IMG/VR virus record: IMGVR_UViG_3300011008_000043
Coordinates: 1-64,000 of that record
Strand: one strand, 5' to 3'
Length of the DNA stretch: 64,000 nucleotides
Source: a virus
Taxonomy: Duplodnaviria > Caudoviricetes
The notes beneath the pieces are model-generated. The model did no database searches, was not told where the DNA came from, and was given only the letters and a program-made list of their open reading frames with translations. Shown here piece after piece: positions 16,685 to 27,162 of the stretch; position 1 is the stretch's first letter, and each line of letters begins with the position of its first letter. Position numbers and translations under genes: made by a program.

Positions 16685-19600
16685 ATGGCACAGGCAGCAC
16701 GGGAAGCATTCGCACGGAAGATTAGGAACCTGAGCATGAGCAGGCTGGACGATACCTTCTACGACCTGCGGCACGGATGCGAAGACAGCACGGGACTCTC
16801 TCAGGAAGAGATCGCAGAGCGGCTGGAAATGGTTCAGAACGAATACTACAGAAGGATGAAATAAGGAGGAAACAACGATGACGACGGAAGTTAAGCCCTA
16901 CAACGGAACCCCCAAAGAGTGGGCGCACGTTTTCGAACTGGTGATTGCGAATAAGACGGCGACGATCGACGAACTGAATGCGACGAATCACCTCGCGCTG
17001 GAACACAAGGCCATTACCCTCGAACACTTCCAGAAAGCGGCGCGGGTGCTGACGGCAGAGATACTAAAGAGATAAGGGAGGCAGAAGCCATGAAGAAGTC
17101 ACAGATGAACACGAATCAGCTCCGAGAACTTGCGGTGCGGCTCGGAGCGGACAGGAAGAAGCTCTACGGTACCAGCAGGCAGGCAATCATTCTCACGATC
17201 AATCAGCTCGAACGCGAGCAGAAGACAGATAAAAAATAAGGGAGGAAACGGAAATGAATAACAACAGAAACGAAATCGCGGAGAACGTCGAGCGGTACAT
17301 CGAAGAAGCGGAAGCCTTCAAGGCTCGTTTCGGAACCGGAAAGAAGTTCATGATCACATACGTTTACGATGACCTGAGCATTTTCGACTGGTGGAACGAC
17401 TACCTGAGCCTGAGCCAACTGAAGCAGATGCAGAAGTTCCTCGAAACGGCAGAAAAGCTCGGCTACAACGGATATGTGTGCTTCAAGGTTGGCGCAAAGC
17501 ACTGCTCAAACGGCATGTGGGCCTACAAGAGAGAAAGCACAGAGGGACATAGCCCGGATGGAGAATGCCTGTATCACAGTTTCGTGAATGGGAGAAACGA
17601 CTGGGACGCGAAGCTGGCGAACGGAATGTGGGCGCACGACGTAACAGGAAAGTTCGACAACAGCCTGAAAGAAATCCAGAGCATGATTTAAGGGAGGGAA
17701 AGAGAATGAATCGGTACACAGCTAAATTCTGGCGCGGGAATCCTCAGCTTAAAAACGGAGGATACGAGACGACACGGACAATCGAAGCGAAGACAATCAC
17801 CTCGGCCCGGAAAAAGGCCCGCGAGATTTACGAAGATGGCTGCATCTACGGCAGTATGACGCTGATCGACATCAAGAGAGAAGAAACAAAGTAAGGGAGG
17901 AAAGAAGATGAACAGCGAGCGGTATTTGAAGATCATCCAGACGGCGGTAAACAACTGGCACATGACGCGGAGGGCGGCGACTCTGATTATCACGGGCCTG
18001 TGCCTCATGGCAAAGAATCCCGATCAGCCTGACCTTTGCCAGTACATGAAGATGATCGGGATTCTGATGGGGCTGAATGCGACGGAGGCAATCAGCGACT
18101 ACCAGTACGAGCAGCTTCACAGCGTTGTAGATCAGATTGACACGGTTTTACACGACAGTAAATCCGCGTACGAGCTGATTGAAAGCACATTCGCGGAAGA
18201 ATATCTCGGATGAAGGGAGGGAGACACCATGACGATGAAGGAAAAGATCAGGATTCACGTGGAGATCGAAGCAGAAAACAAGCGGAAACTGGAAGAATTC
18301 AAGAAGGGAGAAAAGGCAGCATAATTTGCAGACGGCAGGCCTGCCGGGGAGCCTCAAATCCCCGGCATTCATTGTAGAAAGCGGAGGGACGGAAAATGAA
18401 GCTGACCTATGCGGAGTGGAAAGAACACAAAGACCTGCTGAATGAGTTTGGAGAGCATAACAACAGCGACGGAGACAAAGCGCGAGAGTTCGTCAGAAGG
18501 ATAAAGAGCGAGGCGAAGATCGAGCTGCCGGATGACCTGTACAAAGGGATGGAAGAATTCAAGAGCGACATCTAATTTACCCGAGTGGCCTTTGAGAGCT
18601 TTTTCGGAAAGCGGCACAGCAGACAGACGGAGAAAGACGATGAACAGTGAGGTTCGGATAGGTGACCGCGTCAAGGTAAAAGACAATGGCGCATTCGTAA
18701 CGCACATCACACCACGGTGGGCCTACAGCTATTACGGAACGGTAATCAGACTGAATCCGCAATCTGTAACGGTACGGCTTGATGATTTCGACGGAATGAA
18801 AATCAGGGTAGATTACATCGACCTGACGATAATCAAAAGAGCGGAGGCGGCGCAGGATGACCAGCAGAGAGCTATACAGGGAAGCAGAGCGGCTATACCG
18901 GAACGTTGATTGGACAAACCGGCAGAGCATACATGAGTACAACGAAAAAGTGAGAGAGCTGCACAGGCAGCGGGAAAGAGAGGCAGAGGAAAGCAATGAA
19001 CACGGAATTAGACGATAAGCTGTACGAGCTACAGAAGGCTTGCAGACGGCACAGTGACCCGCTGGCAGACTGGGTACTGTTTGCGATCAGCAGACACATC
19101 AATACGGGCAGAGCTACACCGGCATTCATTCGCGGATTCATCGCCGTATCGGAGAAGGATTTCCCGGACATGATTACTCGCTGCCTGAACGGCGACAGAA
19201 GCGACAACGGCATCATGAAGACGGCGAAGAAATATATCAGGGAGATCAGATGACAGGGAGACAGAGAATGGAAAAAACACGGTTGCAGGGAGTCGGATTG
19301 CATCCGGCAATCCCAGCAAAGGAACTGAAACCCGGAATGACGGCGGTATGGAATTTCGGATACACTTCCCGAATAAAGGCGGTCGAACCGACAAAAACCG
19401 GGAAGATGGTCACGGTCACATCGGAGAGCAACGGCAAAGAGTACCAGCGACGTTTCGGAGCAGACCGGCTCGTCGCGGTGGAAATGGAGCCGTTCGACGG
19501 CGGCGAAGTCATCAAAATGCAGGCAGGATATAGCGCCTGCGATTATACGGATTACCAGAGGAAATATATCGAAGATGTAGGCGGCAGGATTGACGAAAAG

Positions 19601-19744
19601 ACCGGAATGATTACGATCAGCAGAAAGAACCTCCTGAACCGCGCTTACGCGAGCAAGAGCATAATCGATTCAAGCATCTACACGTGGATGCTGCCCGGAA
19701 GCTGCCTCATATTTGAAGGACGACATTTCACTATTACAGACTGA
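16685..19744 (+). other. Accessory module 1: run of small hypothetical CDSs (e.g. 16685-16864, 16878-17075, 17254-17691, 17706-17894, 17908-18213, 18640-18909, 18996-19253, 19250-19744)
   Basis: Co-oriented short ORFs, mostly with strong GGAGG-type RBSs, downstream of the copy-1 promoter. Two have KOW/SH3-like beta patterns. Confidence 0.6.
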
Positions 19745-19761
19745 AAGGAAGGAAACAGAAG

Positions 19762-20727
19762 ATGAAGAAAGCAGAACTCAACCTCGCAGGAACTTTATAT
19801 GGAGTCGCAGTCGGAGACGCACTGGGCGCACCGGTCGAATTCATGGGCGAAGAATCAATCAAAAGGCAGTACGGGAAGATCACGACGATGAAGAGCGGAG
19901 GCTGGATGAATGTAGAACCCGGCGAAGTAACGGACGATACACAGATGACTTTGTGCGTCGCAAGAGGCATCACGGAGAACCCGGATGCACCAGTGGAGGC
20001 AATCGGGCGCGAGTTCATCCGCTGGATCGAATCAAGGCCGAAAGACGTAGGCTCGACGTGCGCAGGAAGTATTTTCAGGGCGATAGACAAGGCGGCTCCC
20101 GGAAGAGTTCCGACAGAAGCACAATGGATGAAAGCGAGCGAGGAAAACCATAGGCAGCTCGGAGGCCGCAGCGGAGGGAACGGAAGCCTGATGCGGACGG
20201 CATACGTCGGAATGTATTATGAAGGCGAAGAAGCGACTAAGAAGGCATATCAAATTAGCCGGATGACCCATTGGGATGAAGAAGCAGGACACATCTGCTC
20301 GCTGTATAGCTGGATTATCAGCACGATATGCGACGAAAGCCTTACAACGGAGGAAAGATACTATCAGTTTTTTCAGGCAATCGTCAAGAGCGAGTACAAT
20401 GATGCCACAGAAGAGGATTTCAGGCCACGTCCTACCGGATACGTTGTGGACAGCTTTAAGGCGGCAATCTGGGCCATTGTGAAAGCGAGACGGACGGTCA
20501 CAATATGGGAGCGGCTTTTCAGAGAAGCGGTAGAAAACGCGGTGAACCTCGGAGGCGATGCGGATACCATAGGAGCCATCACGGGCGGGCTGGCAGGCGC
20601 GATCTGCGGCATTGGTGGAATACCATACGAATGGCTCATAGAGCTGAACCACGATGTAAAGGAAACCATGAACACGCTCATTGGATACGCTTTGAAGCAC
20701 AGCATTGACCCAAATGAAAAAGAATGA
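19762..20727 (+). CDS. ADP-ribosylglycohydrolase (DraG/ARH family)
   Basis: 'GVAVGDALGAPVEF', 'GEVTDDTQM', 'GNGSLMR', 'VNLGGDADTIGAITGGLAGA' motifs. Confidence 0.92.
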   Translation: MKKAELNLAGTLYGVAVGDALGAPVEFMGEESIKRQYGKITTMKSGGWMNVEPGEVTDDTQMTLCVARGITENPDAPVEAIGREFIRWIESRPKDVGSTCAGSIFRAIDKAAPGRVPTEAQWMKASEENHRQLGGRSGGNGSLMRTAYVGMYYEGEEATKKAYQISRMTHWDEEAGHICSLYSWIISTICDESLTTEERYYQFFQAIVKSEYNDATEEDFRPRPTGYVVDSFKAAIWAIVKARRTVTIWERLFREAVENAVNLGGDADTIGAITGGLAGAICGIGGIPYEWLIELNHDVKETMNTLIGYALKHSIDPNEKE

Positions 20728-20733
20728 TACAAT
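20705..20733 (+). promoter_or_regulatory. Predicted promoter for the small HTH gene
   Basis: TTGACC-17 nt-TACAAT with an extended -10 TG. Confidence 0.5.
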
Positions 20734-20766
20734 ACGAATACATTTTAGCAAAGGGAGGGACGCGGC

Positions 20767-20979
20767 ATGGGAATGATAACGCTGAAGGAATACGCGGAGC
20801 GGAACGGAAAGAACCATACGACGACGGTTCAGAAAGCAGCGCGAGGCGGCTTTACAACGGCCCGAAAGATCGGCTGCCAGTGGTTCATTGATGAAGACGA
20901 ACCGTTTGTCGATTACAGAATCCATTCGGGAATTTATGTCGGAAAGTCGGGACAGCGAAAAAAAGTTTCGAAATCCTGA
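20767..20979 (+). CDS. Small winged-HTH DNA-binding protein (excisionase/MerR-like)
   Basis: 'ITLKEYAERNGK......AARG....ARKIGCQWFIDEDE'. Confidence 0.65.
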   Translation: MGMITLKEYAERNGKNHTTTVQKAARGGFTTARKIGCQWFIDEDEPFVDYRIHSGIYVGKSGQRKKVSKS

Positions 20980-20986
20980 AATCCAT

Positions 20987-21013
20987 AGCCTGCCTTGCTC
21001 GGCAGGCTTTTTT
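20987..21013 (+). terminator. Intrinsic terminator
   Basis: AGCCTGCC-TTGCTC-GGCAGGCT then TTTTT. Confidence 0.85.
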
Positions 21014-21061
21014 CATGCAGATTTGATACGCATTTTCGTATTTTTTTGAAAAAATATCAAT

Positions 21062-21108
21062 TTTTTTCGTTTTTGCCTATTGACAAAACGAAAAAGAAAG
21101 AGTAAAAT
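21062..21108 (+). promoter_or_regulatory. Promoter/operator, copy 2 of the 47-bp identical repeat
   Basis: Identical to 16591-16637. Confidence 0.85.
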
Positions 21109-21159
21109 TCGTGTCGTTGGATGGGAAACCACGACGAAATCAAGCAGGAGGATACGAAA

Positions 21160-21974
21160 ATGAAGATCACGAAGAAGGCCATCAAGGAAGCTCCCGAATA
21201 CATGCTGGTTATCGACTGGAAAGCTGAGAAGCGGACGGAAATGAACGACCCCTTCACTTACAAGCTCCTGAACGCCACGAACGTATTCGAGGCCATGAAT
21301 GAAGCGGAGAAGGAAATCGACGAAACGGTCTACCTCGTGAAGCTCCTTCAGAAGACCGGAGAGATCGATAAGGAAGACGGAGAAGAAGCGACGCTCGGAA
21401 TCATCTACAGTGCGGTACTCTGCAACAGGACGAACGGATGGCACACGAATGATTACGATCACGGCGAAGGCAGATTCGAAGCTACCTACAACCCGAACTG
21501 GAGCTGGTTACCGATCAGTTTCTACCGGGGAGAGTAAGACGGAACCTGAACGACAGAGCTGACCTACCGGCTACACGGGGAGAAAGGAAACCACGATGGA
21601 TACATACACGATCTGCCTGCTGGCTTGGTACTTCGGGATGACTCCGAAAGACGTTACAAAGCGCGACTGGACGCAGGAAGACATCGACAAAGCTCAGGCC
21701 TACTGCGAAAAGAAGCACACTGACCCGATCGAATATTGGAGGTAAAAAGATGAATTTCAATAAGGATTACCGGATGGGAAGCACGAGCGTTACAAGCATC
21801 AGCAGCGTTTGCGAGGATGAAGAACTGGCGCGGGCAATCCGGCAGAGCGACTACATCAGGAACGAAACACTCAACCGGACATGGGCTATCCCGTCGATGA
21901 AGTACAAGAGCCTGAAGTGGAAGAATCGGTACTACGATCACTTCCGGCAGCAGGTTATCGCGGAGCTGAACTAA
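21160..21974 (+). other. Accessory module 2, small hypothetical CDSs (21160-21537, 21750-21974 and others)
   Basis: Short RBS-preceded ORFs downstream of promoter copy 2. Confidence 0.55.
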
Positions 21975-22022
21975 AAAAAATCCCGCCACGGAGGTTACGA
22001 CGGCAGAAAGGAAGGTAACACA

Positions 22023-23093
22023 ATGAAGTACGGACGCACACTGCAGGAACTCGCTCAGGAACTCGACCGGCAGGTCACCGCGAAGAGGGACTACCTCGTG
22101 GACACTCGCAATCTGGTAATGGACAGCATCAACGATGGATTCCAGATGCAGATGCAGAACAGCGCGAATCACAGCAGCACGATTTTCGGAGTGAACGACA
22201 TCGCTCACCGGCAGATCGGCTCCGCGCTGAAGATTCCGGCGAAGTATTACGACATGATGCGGACAGAGAACCCGGAACTCCTGACGGCGAACGTCAATAG
22301 CTGGTTCAACAAGAACCCGATGACCCGGATGGTAAGGACGATGGACGGGACGGCCCGCGCATTCCTGAGCGACAGATACCGGCGCATCGACAATTACGAG
22401 ATCGCGCAGACGGTTCTCCCGATTCTGTTCGAGCTGGACGGCGCGAAGGTTGAAAGCTGCGAAGTCACGGAGCAGCGGATGTATATCAAGGTCGTAAACC
22501 CGCGCTTGGAGACGGAGGTTGTTCCGGGGGATTACGTACAGAGCGGAATGATCATTTCCAACAGCGAAGTCGGGATGGGAAGCATGGCAATCCAGCCGCT
22601 GATCTACAGGCTGGCTTGCACCAACGGCATGATCGTAAACGACGCGGCAACCCGGAAGTATCACATCGGGCGCGGGAATCAGGCCGATGAAGATTACTCC
22701 CTGTACTCGGACGCGACACTGGAAGCGGATGACAAGGCACTGATGCTGAAGGTGAGAGACACCGTGAAGGCGGTGATCGATGAGGTTCAGTTCCAGAAGG
22801 TTGTCAAGATGATGAGGGACGCGAAAGAGGCGAAGATCACCGGACGGGTGCCTCAGGTGGTGGAGCTTGCCAGCGCGGACTACGGATTCACGAAAAAGGA
22901 AGGCGATAACATTCTCGAACACCTGATCAAAGATGGAGATTTCACGCTGTACGGACTGGCGAATGCGGTCACGCGAGCAGCACAGGATGTCGAGAGCTAC
23001 GACAGATCGACGGACATGGAGAGCATCGGATACACGGTTCTGGGAATGAGCCGCGACCGCTGGAACAAGCTGAACAGCGCACTCTCCGCGTAA
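22023..23093 (+). CDS. DUF932-like phage/plasmid protein
   Basis: 'RAFLSDRYRRIDN', 'CEVTEQRMYIK', 'ISNSEVGMGS..IQPLIYRLACTNGMI..H' motifs. Confidence 0.8.
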   Translation: MKYGRTLQELAQELDRQVTAKRDYLVDTRNLVMDSINDGFQMQMQNSANHSSTIFGVNDIAHRQIGSALKIPAKYYDMMRTENPELLTANVNSWFNKNPMTRMVRTMDGTARAFLSDRYRRIDNYEIAQTVLPILFELDGAKVESCEVTEQRMYIKVVNPRLETEVVPGDYVQSGMIISNSEVGMGSMAIQPLIYRLACTNGMIVNDAATRKYHIGRGNQADEDYSLYSDATLEADDKALMLKVRDTVKAVIDEVQFQKVVKMMRDAKEAKITGRVPQVVELASADYGFTKKEGDNILEHLIKDGDFTLYGLANAVTRAAQDVESYDRSTDMESIGYTVLGMSRDRWNKLNSALSA

Positions 23094-23370
23094 ACCACAA
23101 AGGACGCTGTGCTAGCGGCGAGACGGGCAGGAAGGAAGACGGATGCAGGCAACGCTCAGGAAGCGAGACAGATATCGGGACGAACCGGGCGAAGACAGAA
23201 TCCAGATCGACAACGTGATCAATGTGGAGATTAGCCTCGGTTCGCCGGATTTAACGGGACTCTGGACGGGATACGGATACCATATGGCGACGATCACGGC
23301 AGAGGGCATCGACGGACAGCAGAGCTACAATCTCGAAGTTTACCATATGATCATTTCATAGGAGGATAGG

Positions 23371-23682
23371 ATGAAGAAGATTACGAAAGAGAACTGGCCT
23401 GATGACTGGGAAAAGGTTCCGGCATGGACGATGGTCGATGAAGAAATGTACAATCGTTTTCTGAACTCACTACCACCGGTTAGCTTCTATCCAGATCATT
23501 TTCAGGCAGGTGGAGTCTACTCGCATGAAGAGGATGCATGGGGACGGCTCCACGGGCTGTATATGACGTTCGCAGACTGCGGCAAAGACGGACTGTACTA
23601 TCTCGGGCTTTGCCAGAAGGAAAAATACCCGGAAAAGGATATCGAAGCGATTAAGAAGGCAAGGGAGGAAAACGGATTATGA
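23371..23682 (+). CDS. Hypothetical protein
   Basis: 103-aa ORF, 'VDEEMYNRFLNSLPP...F..G..YSH' pattern seen in mobile-element proteins. Confidence 0.5.
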   Translation: MKKITKENWPDDWEKVPAWTMVDEEMYNRFLNSLPPVSFYPDHFQAGGVYSHEEDAWGRLHGLYMTFADCGKDGLYYLGLCQKEKYPEKDIEAIKKAREENGL

Positions 23683-24054
23683 AGACGATTGGACAGAAGG
23701 CGCGGAAGCCGCTCCCCTATTATGTGCGGTGGTACGAAAGCGCAGGCGTGTATACGGTGCTACGGAATAAGAGCTTTGCAGACCCGGCAGCGCGAGATAA
23801 GTTTGCGCGGAAACTTCCCCGGAAGGAAAATTTCGCCGGATACGCGAGATAAGGGAGGGCAGAATGAAAGTCAGATATATGCTCGCCTGCATGAACGCAT
23901 GGATTGACGGAATGGTCATTGATGATTTTAGCTCAGAAGAAGAGGCGATCAGGTACGCGGCAGATTATGAAGCGAGGCTATACAGGGTAGAAGAAGACGG
24001 AAGAATGACAGAGGTCTGGAAACCCGGACAGGACGACTGAGGGAGGGAAAGAGG

Positions 24055-24369
24055 ATGGCAGCATACAGATACTATTTACCGTACAGGATACCGGAACCCG
24101 GCGCAGTACCGGACAGCACGAAAGTCATCAACTGCGAATGCTTCGCAGGAAGGCAGTACGTACAGCACGTCGGGCAGGCCTACGGCTGGGTTGAATACGA
24201 GTATCCTCTGACGGAGAAGCAGGTCAAAGACTACGAGCTGGTAGAAGCGACGCTTCCGTATACGATCTTCTTCCCGGGCGGGGATATGTACACGATTTAC
24301 ACCACGGACAGAAACGCGGATGAAATGCGGACGAAACACGGAATCGAGATTGCGCCGAACGGGAGGTGA
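24055..24369 (+). CDS. DarA C-terminal-like (defence-against-restriction/polyvalent-protein) domain protein
   Basis: 'YRY...R.P.PGAVP ... YGWVEY..PLTEKQVKDYEL' matches my recollection of the DarA_C pattern. Confidence 0.55.
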   Translation: MAAYRYYLPYRIPEPGAVPDSTKVINCECFAGRQYVQHVGQAYGWVEYEYPLTEKQVKDYELVEATLPYTIFFPGGDMYTIYTTDRNADEMRTKHGIEIAPNGR

Positions 24370-24570
24370 GCGAATGCTATACGAGGTAAGCCAGCACAAA
24401 GAAAGCGGCCTGTACTACATCCACACGATTGGATACCCATACATCCCGGTATTCGGCAGCTTCACGGAAAAGAAAGCAGAGGCAACAAAGCTGGCAGCGA
24501 ATTACAGCGGATTCACAAAGGTGACGGAATACCGGCAGGCACTCAGACGGAAACAGAAAAGCTGAACAGA

Positions 24571-24612
24571 AAAACGCCATTCAATCACGAATGGCGTTTA
24601 ATTTAATTTAAT
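24571..24612. terminator. Intrinsic (possibly bidirectional) terminator
   Basis: AAACGCCATTC-AATCAC-GAATGGCGTTT, with an A-run upstream and an AT-rich run downstream. Confidence 0.7.
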
Positions 24613-24750
24613 TCGTCGCTCTGCTGTCTTCAGACGAAAAGAAGAAGAAATACCCATTAAAAAATGCATCGGCCTCAGATCGCAAATTTGGCTCAAAAAC
24701 GACAGTGCGGATTAAAAAGAGCGGAGCAGAACGAAAGATCGCAGAGGTCA

Positions 24751-24990
24751 TTTACCACGTTTTTACCACGTACGATACGATAGATACGGCAGATACGGCA
24801 GGAAGACCGGGAACCGGGCAAAGGGAAAGCCCTGTGAAATCAGGCGTTTCACAGGGCTTTTCTCTGTCGAAGTGGCGGGATTCGAACCCGCGGCCTTTTG
24901 GTCCCGAAACAAGGAGTCATATTCGCTCTCCTCCTTGTAAATCAAGCACTTTCTCATCATCGCTGAGGCAATTTACCACATATTTACCAC
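24751..24990. repeat. Integrase arm-type sites: paired TTTACCAC direct repeats on both sides of the att core
   Basis: TTTACCAC occurs twice at 24751-24769 and twice at 24972-24990. Confidence 0.6.
24866..24910 (-). other. attP core = 3' half of a tRNA-Pro(CGG) (anticodon loop, T arm, acceptor strand); not a complete tRNA
   Basis: Minus strand reads GTTTCGGGACCAAAAGGCCGCGGGTTCGAATCCCGCCACTTCGAC. It lies next to the integrase 3' end and is followed by a terminator-like hairpin (24826-24862). Confidence 0.82.
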
Positions 24991-25004
24991 GTGGCACCAA
25001 AATA

Positions 25005-26273
25005 TTACCCCAAATCAGGCGGCTTGTCAACGGTGACGAACAGCTTCCAGATCGCTGGCGCAGGAAGCGCGGCAGCATCATTTTTCATCCGGTCAGAAAT
25101 CCACGAATCAAAGAGAGCTACCATCTGTTTCCGGGAGGCGGCATCGCGCTCCTTGGACAGGTGGGTGTACAAATCCATGGTCACACGGATATCGGCGTGA
25201 CCGAGGAAATACTGAGCGGCTTTCACCGGAACCCCAGCATCATAAAGGGCGGTCGCGTAGGTATGCCTCAGGTCGTGGCAGGTGAAAGAGAAGACGATGT
25301 AATCCGGGGAAGCGCGGAGATCGTTGCGGGCTTTTTCCGCAGCGCGGGAAACCCGGACGCGGTTGTCAGGCGGCTCTCCATTCAGGATTCTCGTCATAAC
25401 ATCGCAGAAATGGTCTATTCCCCGCTTGACGGCGGTCGCGGTAAGAGGTTTACCGCGGGCAGAGAGACAGACCCTCCCTGTACGTTTTTTCTCCGGAATT
25501 GAGGATAGAGCATTAAAGAGGGCCTTAGGCATTGGAAGGACGCGGATTCCAGCATCCGTCTTGGCTCGTTTTTCGATCGCGGTCTGGTTTTTCAGGACGA
25601 TAGCAACCTGAGAGACGGAGACGGTACGATGTTCCAGATCGACATCCGACCAATCAAGGGCCATCATTTCAGAGCGGCGCAGGCCGGTGAGAAGCATGAG
25701 CAAAACCCAAAGACCGGCGCAGGTCGATTCGCAATTCCAGTTCGCCAGAATCAGCTCAATTTCCCAGCGGTCGAGACAACGGTGAGTTCCTTTGACAAAG
25801 GGCGGCATAGAAAGATCATCAGCAGGATTTTCGCTGATGATCTTATTTTTTTGCGCACGGAGAAACACTCGCCGGATGCACTGTATGTATTTATCGACGG
25901 TGGAGAAGGACATACCAGCGACGGCATTAAGCGCGGACTGAAGATCAGATTCCCGGATATCTACCATGCGTTTCCAGCCTAAAGCCTCTACAAGACGGTC
26001 ATAAGGAACCGAATCAATGTCCAAATAGGCAGAATGAACATTCTTGCGATAGGTGCGTTTGAAGATAGAAACCCATTCCGCAACGGTAATGTCCTGCGAG
26101 AAAGCAGAACCGGCAAGCATCCTCTCTTTGTACTCATCACGTTTACGCTCGGCTTCGGCGCGGGAATGACCGTAGAAGTATTTACGGTCAGGCTTGCCAT
26201 CTGCGCGGAAGCCTACCTGAAGCGAAACCTGAATCAAACCATCAGGCCGCTCGCCTTTTCGCTTCTTAGCCAT
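25005..26273 (-). CDS. int: Tyrosine recombinase/integrase
   Basis: 'LLTGLRRSEM', 'AKTDAG.R', 'HDLRHTYAT', 'AQYFLGHADIRVTMDLYTH'. Likely start MAKKRK at 26273, overlapping the upstream stop (TGATG). Confidence 0.95.
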   Translation of the reverse strand: MAKKRKGERPDGLIQVSLQVGFRADGKPDRKYFYGHSRAEAERKRDEYKERMLAGSAFSQDITVAEWVSIFKRTYRKNVHSAYLDIDSVPYDRLVEALGWKRMVDIRESDLQSALNAVAGMSFSTVDKYIQCIRRVFLRAQKNKIISENPADDLSMPPFVKGTHRCLDRWEIELILANWNCESTCAGLWVLLMLLTGLRRSEMMALDWSDVDLEHRTVSVSQVAIVLKNQTAIEKRAKTDAGIRVLPMPKALFNALSSIPEKKRTGRVCLSARGKPLTATAVKRGIDHFCDVMTRILNGEPPDNRVRVSRAAEKARNDLRASPDYIVFSFTCHDLRHTYATALYDAGVPVKAAQYFLGHADIRVTMDLYTHLSKERDAASRKQMVALFDSWISDRMKNDAAALPAPAIWKLFVTVDKPPDLG

Positions 26274-26734
26274 CAGGATACCTCCACGATATAGGTGGAG
26301 CCAAATGGTACGAGAGACAGACCGGAATAAGACGACAGAAGCCACGTCACAGTATACCGGTCGAAGGATTCCATGAGGGCGGCGCGAAGCTCGGAGACGG
26401 TGACGGCAGAATCAGATTCCCGGATAAAATCACAGGCAGCGGCAGCGCAGTCTCGTCGCTCAGACAACTGAGCGAGGGACATATTCAGATCTGCGGCAGA
26501 GATAAGGCCGGACGAGAAGCAGCGACGAAAAGCCGCCTCAGCAACAGACCAATCTCCGACGCGCTGCATCCGCTCAGAGAGAGACAGTAAAGCGTCTTCC
26601 TCGGAAGATGAAAGGGAGACAAAATAATCGCTACTACCACAACTGGAACATGGGAGCTGGAGAAGAGCCTGAGACAGAGAAGCAGACTGTCCGCAGGAAG
26701 AACACCAAATCAAATCGTCCATGAGACACCTCAA
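26273..26734 (-). CDS. Hypothetical protein with an N-terminal CxxC...CxxC zinc ribbon
   Basis: Translationally coupled to int; no competing long ORF on the + strand. Confidence 0.5.
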   Translation of the reverse strand: MRCLMDDLIWCSSCGQSASLSQALLQLPCSSCGSSDYFVSLSSSEEDALLSLSERMQRVGDWSVAEAAFRRCFSSGLISAADLNMSLAQLSERRDCAAAACDFIRESDSAVTVSELRAALMESFDRYTVTWLLSSYSGLSLVPFGSTYIVEVS

Positions 26735-27162
26735 TCAAAAACGATACCAGAGGGCGCAGAGAAGTAAGCAGCACCATTGCGAACACTTACAGTGAAGCCC
26801 TCTTCCAGATCAACTTTGCCGATGAGATCACCATTTTCGGCATTAAGAGTTTCGAGCAGGAACCATGCTCCTTTGGTATTATAAAAAGTCAACGTCGTAA
26901 CATCCACGCCATCAGCGCAGCGGGCAGAATAAGCCCCGGCAGGAAAATCGACCCCGACGACATATTCCCCGATAGGGACGATAAATGAAGCGGAGGCCGG
27001 AAGCAGAGAAAAGCCGTCAGGGAGAGAAACAGAGCTGCCAGTAGGAAGGAAATACCATCCTTCTGGAACATCAGAACCGACGACAACAGCAGAGTCCCCG
27101 GAAGCGGAGATCAACAGAAGAGACAGTAAAAGGGACAGAAGCGGGACAATGCATCTTTTCAT
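26731..27162 (-). CDS. Secreted/membrane-anchored protein in the lysogeny module
   Basis: Likely start MKRCIVPLLSLLLSLLLISASG (signal peptide); 'GEYVVGVDFPAGAY' beta-rich motif. Confidence 0.55.
   Translation of the reverse strand: MKRCIVPLLSLLLSLLLISASGDSAVVVGSDVPEGWYFLPTGSSVSLPDGFSLLPASASFIVPIGEYVVGVDFPAGAYSARCADGVDVTTLTFYNTKGAWFLLETLNAENGDLIGKVDLEEGFTVSVRNGAAYFSAPSGIVFD

Noticed and set aside
24866-24910. Functional tRNA-Pro gene
   Set aside because: Only the 3' half is present, with no D arm or 5' acceptor strand. It is better explained as the attP core.
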